From: Candidatus Dormiibacterota bacterium | Lineage (GTDB): Bacteria; Chloroflexota; Dormibacteria; Aeolococcales; Bog-877 | Length of the DNA: 46,956 bases | NCBI GenBank assembly: GCA_027306655.1 | Contig: DAHUZL010000160.1 | Span: 1 to 46,956, forward strand | Direction: 5' to 3' | Shown: one piece after another, positions 45,619 through 46,956 of the stretch | Layout: every line of letters starts with the position of its first letter | Numbering within the stretch: position 1 is the first letter of the stretch | The notes under the pieces: model-generated | Told to the model about the DNA's origin: nothing | Database searches by the model: none | The model's input: the letters and a program-made list of their open reading frames with translations, nothing else | Position numbers and translations under genes: made by a program

Positions 45619-46439
45619 GCCGGAACGTCCGGCCGGGGGTCCTCGACCGCCCCCGCCCACTCCACCCGGACCGGGTCCCCGATCCGAAGCCCGAGGGCGG
45701 CCGCGGCGCTCACCCCGTTGCCGGCGATCTCGAGGTGGCCGGCCTGGTTCCACACCAGGGCGAACCCGCGGGGGATGGCGGCATAGCTGGCGGCGACCCC
45801 GGCGACCCGGCGTCCGTCCTCCAGGGTGGCCGCGATCGGCACCGGCTCGTACCAGGGGGTGCGGGTGACGCTGAGGATGGCGTTGCCGAAGTGGTCGACC
45901 ACGAGGATGCGCGCCTCGGTGCCGAGGGCGTCGCCGCGGTCGCGGGAGCCCGGGAGCCCGACCGGGGCGGCCAGCGGCGGGCCGAGCTCCTCGAGTCGGA
46001 TCTCGCCGACGGCCAGCCGGGCTCCGATCGGAACGATCAGACCTCGGGCCGGGTCCGGGTCGGGGCCCGCGGGCCCCGGGGGGCGCAGGCGGATCGATTC
46101 CACCCGGACCGCGCGGCGGCGGCTGCCGCGGGTCCAGACATGGTGGAGGAGGCCGTTGTCGGGCGCCACCAGCAGCTGACGGTCCACCTCGGCCGCCACG
46201 ACGGGCCGATCGGTCCCCGCCCCGGGGTCGATGATCGCGCAGTGGACGGTGCCGGGGGGGAAGGCATGGACGGTGGCGGCGAGCCAGTAGGCCCCCACCG
46301 CCACGTTTCCGGGGGGGACGTCGTGGGTGAGCGTGACGACCTGGATCCCGGGCGCCGCCCGCCAGGCCTGACCGACCAGGGCGCCGGCGTAGCCGTCGCT
46401 GGTCCCGAAGTCCGTCAGCAGCGTGAGGCCGGCCGCCAT
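45585..46439 (-). CDS. DUF62 / SAM hydroxide adenosyltransferase-halogenase family protein, atypical
   Basis: LLTDFG..DGY, THDVPP, FPPGTVH...IDPGAGTDR, APDNGLL, DHFGN, LEIA.N..SAA..LG...GD.V. Confidence 0.88.
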   Translation of the reverse strand: MAAGLTLLTDFGTSDGYAGALVGQAWRAAPGIQVVTLTHDVPPGNVAVGAYWLAATVHAFPPGTVHCAIIDPGAGTDRPVVAAEVDRQLLVAPDNGLLHHVWTRGSRRRAVRVESIRLRPPGPAGPDPDPARGLIVPIGARLAVGEIRLEELGPPLAAPVGLPGSRDRGDALGTEARILVVDHFGNAILSVTRTPWYEPVPIAATLEDGRRVAGVAASYAAIPRGFALVWNQAGHLEIAGNGVSAAAALGLRIGDPVRVEWAGAVEDPRPDVPAWVATTMGARR

Positions 46440-46481
46440 ACGCGGACATTGTCAGGCACCGCCGCCGGGTTCGATCCCCCC

Positions 46482-46955
46482 TCAGGCGGTTCCGCCGACC
46501 CTGACCAGGACGGTGGCGGCGGCCAGCGTCCCCGGCAGCCGGACCAGAACCCGATAGGTGCCGGCGGGCAGCGCCCGTCCCGACCGCAGCCGGCCGGTCC
46601 ACCGGATGACAAAGCGCGACGATCGGGAGGGGGAGGCCGTGAGACCGAGGGCCCGATGCAGGGCCGGAGCCGGATCGACCGCCAGCCGCCCCGGCGTCAG
46701 CCCCGGCCCCTCCAGGGTCGCGGTGGGGACTCGACCGGCCGCGCATCCCCCGGTCGCCGCCAGCGCGATCGTCGTCGCCCGTCCGGCGGTGACCGTCACC
46801 CGGACGGGGGCGACCAGGTCGGCGCGGGGTGGCCCGCCCGGGCAGGCGTCGCGGGCCTTCGTCGCGCCGCCCGGGGCCGGCGCGACCGCCGCCGCGCTGA
46901 CCGGAGTCGGGTGGGACGCGGGACGGCGGGGACTCTGGGCCAGGGCACGCGGGGG
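46482..46955 (-). CDS. Hypothetical protein, C-terminal part (runs off the window), ending in a FlgD/Ig-like motif
   Basis: The frame of ORF 46482..46799 is open to the window end; IRWTGRLRSGRALPAGTYRVLV resembles FlgD-Ig C-termini. Confidence 0.5.
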   Translation of the reverse strand, partial: PPRALAQSPRRPASHPTPVSAAAVAPAPGGATKARDACPGGPPRADLVAPVRVTVTAGRATTIALAATGGCAAGRVPTATLEGPGLTPGRLAVDPAPALHRALGLTASPSRSSRFVIRWTGRLRSGRALPAGTYRVLVRLPGTLAAATVLVRVGGTA

Positions 46956-46956
46956 C

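Noticed and set aside
45585-46439. Fluorinase or chlorinase
   Set aside because: It lacks the halide-pocket loop motifs and has no secondary-metabolite context.

Overview
A very GC-rich bacterial chromosome segment. The gene repertoire suggests a Chloroflexota/Dormibacterota- or Actinomycetota-like soil organism, but that is inference only. A housekeeping block comes first: tRNA-Val(CAC), rpsF-ssb-rpsR with a candidate S6:S18 leader, and serA plus a DUF1015 gene. A ~12.4 kb, visibly lower-GC, IclR-associated sugar/sugar-acid catabolic cluster follows (8587-20978). It encodes a Zn-dehydrogenase, SMP-30 lactonase, IlvD/Edd sugar-acid dehydratase, KGSA-type aldehyde dehydrogenase and an ABC importer. 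It has no recognisable 2-keto-3-deoxy-acid dehydratase or aldolase, but carries two orphan enzymes: a Cys-poor 'U32-like' protein and an M24-fold protein lacking metal ligands. This cluster is the best candidate for an undescribed system. The rest holds an amine/amino-acid catabolic neighbourhood: two orphan paralogous peptide-binding lipoproteins, GntR plus a threonine-synthase-like gene, three flavoproteins and an ADP-forming acyl-CoA ligase. It also holds a decayed HTH-antitoxin/PIN-toxin module and a frameshifted ATPase pseudogene preceded by a tandem array of palindromes. The end of the window has MFS/MarR, argS, a Lon-N domain gene, a divergent ECF sigma/ZAS anti-sigma pair, nnrE and a DUF62 SAM-hydrolase homologue lacking the canonical catalytic motif. 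No rRNA, CRISPR array or intact mobile element was seen. All calls come from manual motif reading; no database searches were run.
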